Source: Proteromonas lacertae (lineage: Eukaryota). Taken from it: a stretch of 64,000 nt of DNA. Shown one piece after another: positions 24,501 through 38,788 of the stretch (positions are counted from its first letter, which is position 1; the number at the start of each line of letters is the position of its first letter). The stretch covers positions 434,001 through 498,000 of the forward strand of contig NGBS01000001.1 in assembly GCA_002245135.1 (NCBI GenBank). Direction: 5' to 3'. The notes under the pieces were generated by a model. That model was not told the origin of the DNA, did no database searches, and saw nothing but the letters and a program-made list of their open reading frames with translations. The position numbers were made by a program, and so were the translations under genes.

Positions 24501-26098
24501 ATGTCTACTCCTGTAAGTCTAGAAAGAACTCCTCTGACTCCTTCGCAGTTCGATGAGTATATTATTAGCCTATAATGCTTATAAATAGCCTGGATATATC
24601 TCCAGATGACAATCAGTATGCAAATATAAAGATTGAAAAATTGAAAGACACTGATAACAACCTCATCGTTGCTAGAAGCTCTACTTACCGTATTTAGCTA
24701 TTTTTAAACCAAATATAGGCGATTCAGGAGGTAGAATATGCTCATGTGGATTACGAAAGGGATCCTTATGTTCTGCAGTTCTGAACTTATGTGGTGATGG
24801 AATAGGTGCTTGTACAATTAGTATACCATATGTATTCGGTGTAACTGGTGTATTGCCTGGTATAATCATTATATATTATTGTATAGCATCATTTATAAAC
24901 ATAATATCATTATATGTTGCTAATTTAACTGGTCAAATGATGTTGAGAGCAAGACTTCTATCACTATCAAGATCTTATGAAGAATCTGTTGTATAATCTT
25001 AAATTTACTCTGATAGTCTCGAATATTTGGCCCATTAGGTCTACTGCTGTTAAATATTTCAATGATAGTGTTGCTCTACGGTGCTTGTGTAGGAGATATA
25101 ATTGAATTAGGAGATATAATGAATCCAGTCACTTCTATGTTAGAAGAAAAGGTATCTTGGATGAATAGAAAATTTGTTATATCAATACTGTGGTTATTTT
25201 TTATAGTACCTCTAGCGTTATATGATAAAACAAGTGAATTAACATTCACTTCTTTATTAGCATTAGTTGGATCTTGTTTCTTCTGTATTGTTGTTGTTAT
25301 TTATACAGTATAATATATATTATATTTTTTATATTGAATAGTGTGTTAATAATATATCAGAAACAGTAAAGGATGTAAAAATGTTCAAATGGTCTGGTAG
25401 TAATGTATTTGAGCCAATATCCATAATCCTTTTTTCTTACATTTTTCAGACTAATGTCTATTCAATTCATTCTGATTTAGATATACCTACAGCAGATGCA
25501 ATGAACCATGTAAATTATATCTCTAATTTCATTGGTTTTGTAGTATATCAAGTCGTAGGCTTGATGGGTTATATTGCATTTCCTAAAGATACACCAGGTA
25601 ATATATTGAATGGAATAGGAATGCCTAGTAATCCAAAATATCAAATGGTTTTATTAGCTATGTCTTATGTGATTTTAGGTATTACTATTCTATTTGCATA
25701 TCCTTTGAATTCTATTCCGTTGAGATATACGTTGAGAAGAATTTTTATTCAAGATGATACTGCCAATTTACCTAAATATAAGACCAAAGTGAAAGTGTTT
25801 AATGTAGTTACTACTTTAATAGTTTGTTTATGTATTTATTATTATTATTATTAATTTATTAGCTTCATTAATGATTGCCTTATATTTTGAAAAAGTGGAA
25901 GTTGTATTTTCATTAACAGGTGGAATTCCAAGTGCATTTATTGCATTGATATTTCCAGCTGGAAGTGTAGTATGGTTAAAATATAAACATTATGAAGATA
26001 TTGAATTGTCTCTGTTGATAAAATCGTGGATTGTTTTTATTGTGGGAATTGCATTTTTGATTTATTCTATAATTAGTACAATAATGATTATTTTTTAA
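24501..26098 (+). CDS. Amino acid transporter, AAAP/SLC38-like family
   Basis: KGSLCSAVLNLCGDGIGACTISIPY, FSYIFQTNV, GYIAF and FAYPL motifs, about 11 hydrophobic segments. The introns splice in frame. Confidence 0.9.
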
Positions 26099-26177
26099 CT
26101 ATTTTTTACTCTTTGCTTTTATAAACAAAATTTTCAAATAATAAATAATTCATATATTATTATATAACAATAAACAT

Positions 26178-27085
26178 CTAAAAAACACTATTCTTCTTTT
26201 GCTCTTCTTCAACTTCCATTCGTTTTTTAGTCCATTTTTGTCTTTTAGGATATTCATTCTCTTTCAAAGTCTGAACAGATTTAATAGATTTTTCTTTCAA
26301 CTCTTGCTGTTCTTGTTCTACTATTGCTGGATCTGGTGATCCTAAATAATATTGATCATGAATAGTATCAGCTGCTTCACTTGGCCTTGGTGGCTCCCAA
26401 TCTTCACCAATCATCCTTAGTCGATGTTGCTTATAGGCTATCTGATTTAATACATGTTCTCTATCATATTCACTATCTTTCAATAAATATGGTCTATCCT
26501 GAGTACAATATTCACGAGCAGCATATGGACGACAAGGAGAGAATGGCCAAGAATGTTCTACTTTACTATCTTTTGATCCTATTAATATATTAAATATAAT
26601 AGAGACATACTTGGTCTGTGATTTGTCAATCCTTTTTTTTCATTTAATTCCATATAATAATCTGGAACATCATGAACTTCATCTAAACATGAAGAATACT
26701 ATGCATTATTAACTTAAACTATTTTTAATACAATTTGTGGTGAAACTAACTGTCTAGTTCCACATTTGTATTTTGGTGTTTCTTTTTTGGATCTCGGAGA
26801 TGACTGAACTTCTGGTGCTTCTTCTCCATTAATTGGATGATCTAAATAAAATAACTTATTCGAAAAATACTTGCTTTCCATATTTTTGGAAAAACTCTTT
26901 GAGCTCTTATCTAATAATCATATGATAGATATAATAAATACTTTTTCAACATCTATTTCTTTATCCTGCTTGCATTCCTTTGGTTTCTTTCGCCTGTTTT
27001 CAATTTCATCTTTTCTGTATACAAATCCATGTATAACATCTTTTTCAGATAATCCCATGAACTCTTTCTTCGTGGTTGATATCAT
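26178..27085 (-). CDS. Hypothetical hydrophilic protein
   Basis: Four GT-AG introns give a continuous frame MISTTKKEF...QKKNSVF*. Confidence 0.7.
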
Positions 27086-27213
27086 ATTGAAAGAAACAGT
27101 AATTTGTCAAGCTTTTGGTTTGATTATTTTTTAAAATATTTTGAACGGCTCAATAACTAGAAACTATCAGCGATTAAAAAATATATCAATCATTTTATAA
27201 TATCAGAATAATA

Positions 27214-30200
27214 ATGAAGTTTCAACTTGATTTACCACCTGAAGGGTATATTATAATTTATTGTGTTTATATTATATTTTAGCTTTGCCAATAAATTAAA
27301 AGAACTGGGTATTGCAGATTATATATTTAAAACTAAAAAGAATAACTATCATATACCCAGAATGTTGCTTATACTAAACAGTCAATACTTTTACAATAAA
27401 TTCATACCATGGAAAAGTGGAAATGACATAGTAGAGGAAACTTTTGATCAATTTGATTCTGAGACAATAGATATGATAGTTAGATATTTATCATTTGGAT
27501 TTGTAGAATTTAACAGTTTTAATGTTGTAAAGGTGTATGCAGCATCAAATTTCTTCAAAATCTCAAATCTTCATGATAATTGCTGTCAATATATTGAATG
27601 TAATATGACTCCTGATCTAATCATTGAAGCATATCCGTTTTTACAATCTGGAGAGTTAGCTGCTTTACAAGATGCCTTTGAAAATGCAGTTGTTGATTAT
27701 GCAACTGATTTATTTCTAGACAAATATTATTCTCGATTAACATTGGATTTGTTATTATATATCATCACAACTGAAGATATACAAGTACCTAATGAAAATT
27801 ATATACTTAAAGCATTACAAGAGATATATTTAATTAACAGAAATTGTATATTTATGTTTATTTATAGTATTTTTTATAGATTATAATGATAAAGATATTG
27901 AAAAATTTAGAGATATTTGTTTCAATATACAATGGAATAATATTCCAATTAAATGTATATATATATATATATATATATATTATCAATTATCAATTATCAA
28001 TTATAATAAATATATATTTTTTATTAGTTGCAATTCACTTCTTTGACTCTTTATCAATGTTTTCTCAAATGGAAATTGATGAAATTCAAAGTGTTATAAG
28101 AAATGCAAATTCAACTACAGAATATGTCAAATTAATATCACATAAAAGAACTTATACAGGATATATGTTAACTAAATGTAAACAATTAAACAAGCAAATA
28201 AAAATAGCAATTGGTGTGAATAGAACATCAGTGAAATTATCTGAAAAAGACATAAAAGAACTAATAGAATGTGAAGGTTATTTAGAATTTTCATATTGTT
28301 TACAGACTACTACAGGTAATGCATTAAAAGTTCTTTTATCAATTATATTGCAATTTGCTCAATCTGAAATAGGATATGAATATGTTAAACCTTGTTTATC
28401 AGTGCTATTAAATCATATAGAAGGAGATGAAGCTGTGAAAATGTTATGTTTAGAAATTATATCATATTATACTAACGATGGTATAGAAAAATTGCATATT
28501 TATATTTTATAGAAGAAGCAATTAAAGTAATAATTAAAAATGGAGGAATTCAAATATTAATTGATTTATTCAATATGAATAATCCAACAATAAGGGAAAA
28601 AGCTACAAATACACTGTTGGAATTATCAAAAACAGATGCAAATCTACTAGAAATCATAAGACGAGGTGGAATCAAAGTAGCTAGTACATTATGGGCAAAT
28701 GGAAATCATAATTTGAAGATCAATTTGTTTGAATTGATAAAAAGAATGGATTATCAAAGTATATATTATTATGTTTTATTTATATATATGTGAAATAGAA
28801 AAAGATATAAAGAAAATTCTAAAACAAGGAGGAGTAAAGTTATTAGCATCACTTTATCAAGAAAGTCATGAAATAAAAAGAAATATAATAATTGAAGGAT
28901 TGTCAGTGTGTGATTTATCCAATGAGGATATTGACACAATCTTAGAAATGGGAGTAGTGAAATTGATCATAGAAATATGGCCAAATGCATCAACTACATT
29001 GAAAAGTAAACTAATCAAAGGATTTCAGAAAGCCAAATTATCAGAAGACGCTATTGAATCAATTGCTGATAATTGTGGAATATCAACTGCTGTTCAGTTA
29101 TTACAATCAACTTTACCAACTACTATTAAGTCAACTATTCATAAACTAAAGACTATGAAATGTATATTTATTGATATTATTGTTATTATTAGGGTGTCCA
29201 ACCAATAATATTGATACTGATAAAGTAATACTTTCATTGGATATTATGAATTGTACAGAATTGGATTTATCAAGTATATTTTTATTATTATACCGTATAT
29301 TTAATGAAAATAGATTCGTGTTTTACATCAAAGAATATGCAGCAACTTAGTGAAATTCTTCATTTGTTTAAATACTTGGAAATACTCAATTTAGCTAGTA
29401 TTTATATTTAAATATATATGTATGTATATAGATAATTACCTTAGTGATGATGGAATGATAATTCTCTCAGATTTTCTCATCGATAATCCAATCAAATCAC
29501 TCCAATCTCTCAATATCAGTTGTAATGCAATAAGAACGAATGGATTCTTATCATTTTGTAGATGTTTAGAGAATCAATTATTTGATGAATTTGTTTATTT
29601 AAACATAAGTGATAATTATATTGAGAATGAAGGTTTAGAGAAATTATTCTCCATTATTGAACATGAAAAAATCATCTATTTAATGACATTAGATGTTAGT
29701 AATAATTTGTTAAGTGCAAATATGTTTTCTTCATTGTTAATGTCATATAATACTGTTAATAATAGACATTTTATGGATTTACATTATAGTAGAAATAAGA
29801 TAAATTCTATTGAATTACAGGTATTTTCTTCATTATCAGCTACTGATCATTTTCTGGAATTAGAAAGTCTATATCTCAATCGTATAGATTATATTCATTC
29901 ATTATATCTTTAATAGATACTGGGATTTGTGATGATGCTGTGAAATTCCTTTGTAATGGATTTACTGGTAATAAATGCCCAGTTTTGAGATATTTGGATT
30001 TATCATATAACAGAATTACTGCTGATGGAATGTCATATCTCAAAGATAAGATGATAAGTGGAGATTTAAAGTCACTTTCAACATTAAACTTAAATTGTAT
30101 TATTTTTGTAAATTCTAATGATTAGATAATCCTTTAGAAGACAAAGGCCTTAAGAATCTCTGTGACGGTTTGTCAAATGAAAAATGTTTGAACTTGACAA

Positions 30201-33200
30201 ACCTATATTTGAAACGTATATTTTTTTATTTTATATTGGAAATAGATGTTGGAATAACAGATAGGAGTTGTTTATATATTGGTGAACTTCTTACTACAAA
30301 AGCATTTATAAATCTAACAGATCTCGATCTATCAGTTAATAATCTAAGCAGTAAAGGAATCTTTGCATTATCACAGAAATGGAAAGTTGGAGATTGTCAT
30401 GTTTGTAATATAACTCATCTCAACCTTTCAGCAACATCAATTGACAGTAGTGGTCTGAAATACATTAATGATATGTTTTTACTTGGTAAATTTGATAAGA
30501 TGAATGGAATAGACTTTACTTGTAATAGAATAAAAGATAGTGGAATTTGGCATATGAGTGAAATATTCATTAAGGCTCATCCAAAGAATATAACTAGTTT
30601 GAATTATTCAGGTATATATATATATTAATTTATATTTTATCTTAATAATAGTGAATTATCTTCAAGAGAATTCAATGAACTATATACAAGAAATGCTTGA
30701 GAACTCTGCACTGTTAGCTACAAAGAATTTTAATATTAGTTGTATTATTATTATATCTTATATTTTCTATTAATGTGTGTAGATAATAGTATTGGTACAA
30801 ATGGAATTAGAGTATTATCAAAGTGTTTAAGTGATCATTTGTTGGTAGATATAACAATATTGAATCTTGCTTGTATAATACTTTATTGTTTATTTTTTAT
30901 TTTCTATAATAGACACTGATTTAGATTGCTATTCTTTTTGTGATTTGTGTAGAGCAATAGAAAAGAAAGCAATTCCAAACTTAGAATATCTTAATGTTGA
31001 AGGAAATAATATACAGAATACAGGTTTAGTGTGTTTAGCTAATAGCTTCAATGTTGTTAAACCAAAACTAAATTATATCAATTTTAATCGTATATCATTT
31101 ATCCACTCTATTTTATTTAGACAATAGTTTAACAGATGATGCGTTTATTGTATTTTTACAGAAATTGGATAATAAAACAAAAGAAAGTATTAAGACATTA
31201 CATTTATACAATTCATTAATCACATCAGAATCTATAAGAAGATTATCATTTCAATTCAATAATCATTTCTTAACAAATATTCAAGTTTTGGATTTAGGAG
31301 GAAATAAACTCTCATTTTCAGGATTTAGTTATTTGTTTGAATCAATTATTGAAGGAAATGTTTATTTGAGAGAATTGTATTTATCGAGTATATATATTTA
31401 TATATTTATATATAATATTATATAGAATGCGGATTAGAGAGAAACAGTTTAGAGAAATTATTACAATGTTTTACCAAGAATAGAATGTTATACTTGACAG
31501 TGATTGATTTATCTTGGAATATGTTGGATAATAAATCATTTGTAATGTTTTGTGATGCTTTATTAACAGGATCGTGTTATTCATTGGCATATATATCATT
31601 TGATAGGTATTTATAAATATCTTAATATTTTATTAATAGATAATACTGCATTAACTGCTTCAAGAATGATAAATACATTAGATCAACTACTCAATTTGAT
31701 ATTAGAGAACAGATTATTATCCATTAAAGTGATTGATCTATATGGTAATGGAATTACATATGAACAATATCACAAATTTACATCAGAAATTGCATATTTA
31801 TATCCAAATCTGTTATGTCATTTCAGAGATGCTACTCCAGCTGATTGGGAAGTAGAATATATCGAAAAGAAGATAATTGATGGAGAGATTGTTCCCTTTA
31901 GTAGATTACATATTACAAGTATATTTGTTATTTGTTTAGATATATAGTTGATGAATTGACATTAATGCATCATTATCTCATTATTGAGATTATTAAAAGT
32001 TGTTATATAGTGTCAGAGTTTGATGAAACACTTGTCAGTATATATATATATATATAATTATTCAAATATTTATCTTATTTATTATATAGAAAACAATTTG
32101 GATGAATTATATAGAATAGGAGGTGCACAATTGATTATGAAACTTTGGCCAATATCAAATCCATTAATGCAACAACAAATAGTCAATTACTTTAAGAGTA
32201 GAGATGATTTGGATGATTATAAAAGTGTTATTTATTATGGTGGTTATAAACTATTTACTGTATTATACAATCAATGTAATAAGAAAATGAAAAGCCGTTG
32301 TATTAGTCATATATCTGCATTAGATATGGATGGTATATAATTATTTTATATATCTTTAATTATCTTATAGAATCTGATTATATTGATTTATGCAACTGCT
32401 GTGCTTATGAACCGTTAGGTTTATTATGGTTGAAAGTTACAGAAAGAAGAAAGAATATTATTATTCGTGATTTATGTGAGAGTGATAAATTGAACGAAAC
32501 AGGAATTAATGAGTTATATGAAATAGGAGGAACTTTATTAATGGCAAAGTTGTGGTTTAATAGTAAATTGGCAAAGAAAACATCTATTATGAATGTGCTT
32601 AAATATAAGAATCTGTCATGTATAAATATTATTGTTTATAATGCTATATATAGATGATGATTTGGATATATTAACTAAGAATGCTTCTTCAGAGATGTGT
32701 GCTACTTTGTATTTAATTGGTCAACCAACTGTAAAAGAGACAATAATCACTTTCTTAAGAAAACATATCTTCACAGAGCCTGAATTGTATAAAGTGTATG
32801 AAATTGGTGGAATAGATTTGATATTACAGATTCTTTACTCACCTGAAGATGAAACAGTAAAGTTGTGTTATAACTTATTGAATCAATTGAATTGTATATA
32901 TATAATGCTTATATATATCTACTTAGGGAGTCCAACATCAAATGCACTTATTGATGAAAGAATAAGAGATTTAGATATATTCGTAATTGAAGAAATCCAT
33001 TTCAATAATTTAGGAATAACTAGTGATATGATGATTTCAATATGTTCAGTATTTAGATTGTTAAAACAAGTGAAACTGTTTGATTTATCTGATAATCTTA
33101 TTAAAGATGATGGTTGTATTCCATTAGCTCAGTCAATACAGAATGGATTCTATCCTCATTTAGAAGCATTATTAATCAATAGTATATATATATTTCTTTG

Positions 33201-33710
33201 TATTTTATTTATCATTTTAGATATTGGTATAACTTATCATGGATATGAATCATTCATGTCTGCAATCTGTAATGGAAAAGTGCCAAATTTCCATACTATT
33301 GAATGTTCAGGCAATAATATAGGAGATACAATTTATGGTGGATTTGAAATATTAACAACATCAACACATAAAATTAACCTATCACATTTCAAGTTTAATA
33401 GTATAGATAATAAAATATATTATATTGTATTTTATAGAATGTAATGTAACTAAGAATGGATTAAAAGATTGGATGAATACATTAGAAACAAACAATTTTT
33501 CAGCAATTCAATATTTAGATTTAGAGTCAAATAGTATAGGAGATGAAGGTATGAGATATATAAATGAAGGATTGAGTAATGGTTCATTCAAATCATTAAA
33601 GAGATTGAATCTGTCAGATACTGGAATAACTAGTGACAGTTTGAAAGTGTTTTCTTTATCTATAAAGAATCAAAAATGTGTAAATTTAGAGACTTTGATA
33701 CTTGATTGTA

Positions 33711-33747
<37 letters not shown>

Positions 33748-34966
33748 GAATAGATAATGAAATATCTGTTACAGGAATCCAGTATTTATATGATGCTATA
33801 CAGTCAGGTTTTATGAAAGAACTAAAAGATTTATCATTAAATGGAACTAACTTGGATATGAATGCATTTATAATACTATCAAATTCATTTACAAAGTCAG
33901 TTTGTCCATTTCTTAAATCTTTATCCGTTAAAAGTATTGTTATTTTATAGTAATTAATTCTTATAATAGATAATGGTATAAATGATGTTTCACTTCTATA
34001 TTTTTCTTCAATCCTGATGAACAACAATATACCAAATTTAGAGATATTAGACTTAGGAAGTATATATATCTATATATCATTATAACACTCATTATTCTAT
34101 TGCTTAATAGTGAATAAAATAACAAAAGAAGGTGTTAAATATTTGTATGATGTAATGATAAAAGACAAATGTTCTCAACTCAAAGAATTCTATATACCCA
34201 ACAATAATATAGGAGATGAAGGAGTAAAACTAATTGGTAGTTTACTAAGAAAGAAAGCAATTGTATTAAAAGTGTTGGATATTACAAGTATATATATATA
34301 TACAGCGTATTATATTGAATAGATAATAACATTTGTCAAACAGGTTTTCGTACTTTCTGTTCATTATATTCACATGGAAAGTGTAAATCATTAAATCTGT
34401 TAAATGCTAGTAGTATGTTTTATATGATATTATTTTATTGAATAGAAAACCCATTAGGATGTAATGGAGTATTAGGACTTAGAGAAATATACAGAAATGT
34501 TCCAGATGCTGATATAACAACACTCAATTTGAGTAATACATTAATTGGTTCACAAGGTATGTTATTATTGAATGAAAGTATTCCAATTCTTTGTCATATT
34601 GAGAAATTGATATTAAATAAGTGCATGATAAGAGATGAAGGAATGTTTTCTTTATATACAGCAATTCAGTCAGGTAGATTATCAAAATTGAAAGAATTAT
34701 ATTTAGCTGGAAATGATGTTTCTTATATTGGAATAGTTCATTTAGGATCAGCTATATTGTCAAAACAGTTAGTGAAGTTGGAGTTTTTAGACTTAAGTGA
34801 TAATGAAATCAATGAAATAGCTATGAAAAAGATGAATGAAGCATTGCAAAGTTTTTCATGTCCAAGTTTGAAAACTATTGTTATTGGAGGGAATAAAATT
34901 GATGCTTATAATGTAATTACTGATTCTATCCATCAAATTATTCCTGCTTGTAGAGTTATTTGGTAA
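27214..34966 (+). CDS. BTB-BACK protein with two [helical ARM-like repeats + RI-type LRR array] modules
   Basis: BTB motifs (HIPRMLLILNSQYF, VYAASNFFKISNLHDNC), BACK motifs (LTLDLLLYII, VPNENYIL), GG-x3-L helical repeats and many LxxLxLxxN 28-30 aa repeats. 29 introns and one +1 break at about 31600. Confidence 0.85.
33713..33747. repeat. (TTA)n microsatellite inside an intron
   Basis: Perfect trinucleotide run in the intron starting at 33708. It produces the false poly-Leu. Confidence 0.95.
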
Positions 34967-35142
34967 TTCCTTAATCTATATTTTATTTATTTGTATTGTT
35001 TTAAGATAATCAAATATGGACATTCATAAGATTAAAATAATACAAATTAAAATACTTATATGGGATATTGACGAAGTTATATAAATGAATTTATAGTCGT
35101 TACAAAGAGTTTTTAGATCATTTAAAAACTTCTATTGATACA

Positions 35143-37164
35143 ATGGATGAATATCATGCTATTCTAGCTTGGGTATCTCTATTGGCAATAATTCATCATA
35201 GGTTAAACAAGTAGCTGGTCTTTCTACTGATGTTACCAATTTTTCTAGCTTATCCAATTGTAGAGTCCTATGTCATATATTTGCAAAGATGTATTATTTA
35301 TATTTTAATATATAGGGCTCCTGATTATATTGATACCTCAGCAATGTGTGAAGATGATGGAAGAGATTGGTCTGCTTATGTTACAAATTGTCAATTATTA
35401 ATTGAGGGTATTAATAGATATACAGAGGCAGAAGTAGAATCCTCTGCAAAATTAGATATAACTGCCGAATCTGTTTGTAAAGAGTATGAATTCTAACATA
35501 TTATTCATTCTGATAGACGTAATGAAGATGCAATTCGTCGAATTTGTAATTTTCTAATAGCAGGATGTGTATCATCCGAAGAAAATGACTTTTTCATAAA
35601 TGCAATGCAACAGTTAGATGAGAATAGTCAAAGTGCATTAATGGAACTAATAAATCGTATGAATGAATACTTTGAACAACCAGGAGATGAATCAGAACAA
35701 CCAAGTGAAATAATTCCACAGTTAAGTGTATATATATATATTCATTTAAATTATGTTTTATTTATAGTTTCATACAGAAGAAACTGATCGATTACAAGCA
35801 ACTTTAAAGATGGAAAGAGATCGAGTGAATAAATTAGAAGAGTATTATAGTCAAGAATCGAATAAATTAAAGCAGACAATCCATCAACTAGAAGAAGAAA
35901 AGAATGATGCATTATCAAGAGTAGAACAAGCAGAAGGACAGCTTAATATAAACAAAAAAATATTGAAAAGTATAGAGACTGATAATGAAGAATTAAATGC
36001 TGAGATTGCTACATTTAAAAGTAAATTAACAACATGTGAAAGTACATTAAATAATAAAGAAGAATTAATCCAAGAAATATCCAGAGATTTAGAAGAAGAA
36101 AAGAAGAAAACTCAATTAATAGAAAGATATAAAGATAAAATATGTGAATTAGAATCTCAATTAAGACAGATCCAACCATTAAAAGATGAAAATAGTGATA
36201 TGAGTGAAGAGAATGAAAGATTAAAAACAGATAATTCCATTTTAAAAGAACAAATCAACAATCAAATTAAAGAAAATACTCAATTATCCAGTGAATTATC
36301 TAAATCACAAATCAAAATTACTTCACTAGAAAAAGAATTAAATGATTTAAAAGCTGCTTATAGGGAAATGGATAAGAAATTTCAGGAGTATCAATATTCT
36401 CATGATAGTTCAAGTGGCAATTATAATCCAACCACTAATCCTGCAGATAGTACATATATCGATGATTTAACGAATGATGAAGCTAAACCATTAGATTTTG
36501 ATGGTGGTAATATTGATAATAATAACAATAAAACAATTGAGAGTAGTAATAGTGAAGAAATGAAGCAGTTGAAGAATGAATTGTTTAAAGTGAGAAGCGA
36601 ATGTAATTCATTGAAGGAACAGATGGAAATAATGAAACAATCAAATGTATATTATTGTATTAATATGTATAGAATGAAATATTAATGGAAAAAGATAAGG
36701 AGATTGAAGAATTAAAACATAATAATGTAAGTAGTGATAGTGGAGTTACTTCTGAAGAATTACAACAATTGAATGATGAGATTTCACACTTGAAACAAGA
36801 TATATCTTCCCAAAGAGAAGAAAATGAATTGAAATCCAATGAAAATGCTAAGTTACAAGATGGTTTAATCAAGATGAACTCAGAATTAAAAGATCTACAA
36901 GAAAAACATACTGCTTTGCAACAGAAATGTAAGCAATTAATTCATCAATATAAAATGACCAATGAACAGTTGAATAGTAGTAGCCAGTTCACTTCTATAG
37001 CATTAAGAGCAGCATTTGAAGTAGGTCAATTTTGTATTCAACAGCAAATGGAAAATACAGCAAATAAATCTTCAAGCTTAACTGCAAAGCCGAAAAACTC
37101 CAAAGCTCCAATTCCAGTTCAATGGATGGCACAGAAGAGGAAATTATCTGCAAAAGCTTTTTAA
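35143..37164 (+). CDS. HOOK: HOOK-family dynein adaptor (HOOK domain plus long coiled coil)
   Basis: Spliced N-terminus LAWVKQ...LSNCRVLCHIF...FLIAGCVSSEENDFFINAMQQLDENSQSALMELI, a long coiled coil and C-terminal WMAQKR. Confidence 0.75.
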
Positions 37165-37292
37165 CGATTATCGTAGTGGATATATTTACTATTTTGTTAA
37201 TGTTTTCATTATTATTTTAATATTTTTGTGAATTATAAGAAATATGACAGTTACAAAGCTTGAAATTACCAAACTCCGTTTTTCTAATAAAA

Positions 37293-38700
37293 ATGACTCG
37301 TGAGCGTTATAACCCTCTCACTGAGCTTGAATTTGAATATCAATCACTACTAACAGAGCGTTTGGAAGTTTTTAACACAAGAAATGACAGTAAAGAGACT
37401 GAATCGACAATCTTACATTTGAAACTGTATATTCAACTATAATAAAATGTTTTTAGATATGCGGATGTATTAATGCATAGAATAGAAGAATTTCCAAAGT
37501 GTAAAACAATAGAAGATAATGAAAATCTTCGTTCGTTAATAAAAGAAACAGAAAATGCATATAGTGGAACATGGAAAATGGCTTATGGTGTATTAAGAAG
37601 TGATAATTGTATATATTGAAGAATAATTGAGCTTTTAATAGATGTTTTATTGTCGTTAGCAATAAGTTATGCAGATTTTGTATTTGCTATTCAAAAGAAT
37701 CCAAATTTCTCATCAAAGTTATTAAAGAAAGTTTACGATGAAGGTAGAGCAATCGTTAAAATGGATGATTTAATAGCCATTCCATTATTACAAATGATAA
37801 GGTATAAAATTATAATAATAATAATAATAAATATATTTTTCTAATAGAAATCGATTAGTTGATTATTCTCAATACAGTACAGAAATGAATTTATTTGAAT
37901 CTCATTCTCCAATACCAACACCAAGAGAAGATGATGATGATAATAATGATGATGAATATAACAACAATAATAACCAACAAAAGACATTAGCACATACTTA
38001 TTCAGAGATAACAATATCTGAGAAATACATTGACACTTCCAATGTAAAGAATTTAGAGACAATGGATATTAATAGACATTCAAATGATAAATTAATAAAT
38101 ACAATGAATATAACAACTGGTATTAAAACAAATACTACTTCACTTGCTTCTTCTTCTTCTCCTCGTCGTTTTGATGAAAAAATAGAAAGTTATAATAAAA
38201 CAAGATTTATAAAAACCAATAACTCAATTTCTATTACTGGGACTACAAAGAAACTATTACATTCTAACAAAAGAGCACTTGGTAATATTTATAAATATTA
38301 TATAAAACTAAATACAAGTAAGGCTGTAGATGATTTTAGTGATAAACAAAGTCAAACATTAGATTTGAATGGTTTCTTGCAGTTTTGTAAGAAATTTAAT
38401 TTCTATGATTATATGACAAGGAAAGATATGCAAGATCTTTATAATTTGGCATTAAATTCCGAATCTGTGAATAAATCTGATAATTGTTTGACATATGAAG
38501 GGTTTGAAGAGTTGTTAATAAGATTAGCTATATTTTGCTATAATAGAGATAATAATAACAACAATCAGCAAGATGCGCTTGTGGATAAGCTCTTGGAGTT
38601 TGTTGGTTGTAAGGATGGTACATGGAAAATAAAATTGAACAAACCTACTAAAAGTGTCACTTTTATGACAAGAAGATCAAAATCATTTAAGAAAGAATAA
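37293..38700 (+). CDS. Divergent 14-3-3-like domain fused to an EF-hand-like (p25-alpha-type) domain
   Basis: Spliced ETENAYSGTWKMAYGVL...LLSLAISYADFVFAIQKNP...LLKKVYDE...PLLQMIRNRL follows the C-terminal helices of 14-3-3. The C-terminus is LDLNGFLQFCKKF...LTYEGFEELLIRLA. Confidence 0.6.
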
Positions 38701-38788
38701 TAATTTTTAATTTATATGTGTTGTTTTTGTATTTAATATGAATAACAAACAAAAATTATCAAATGAAATTAATTTATAACACAAGTAA

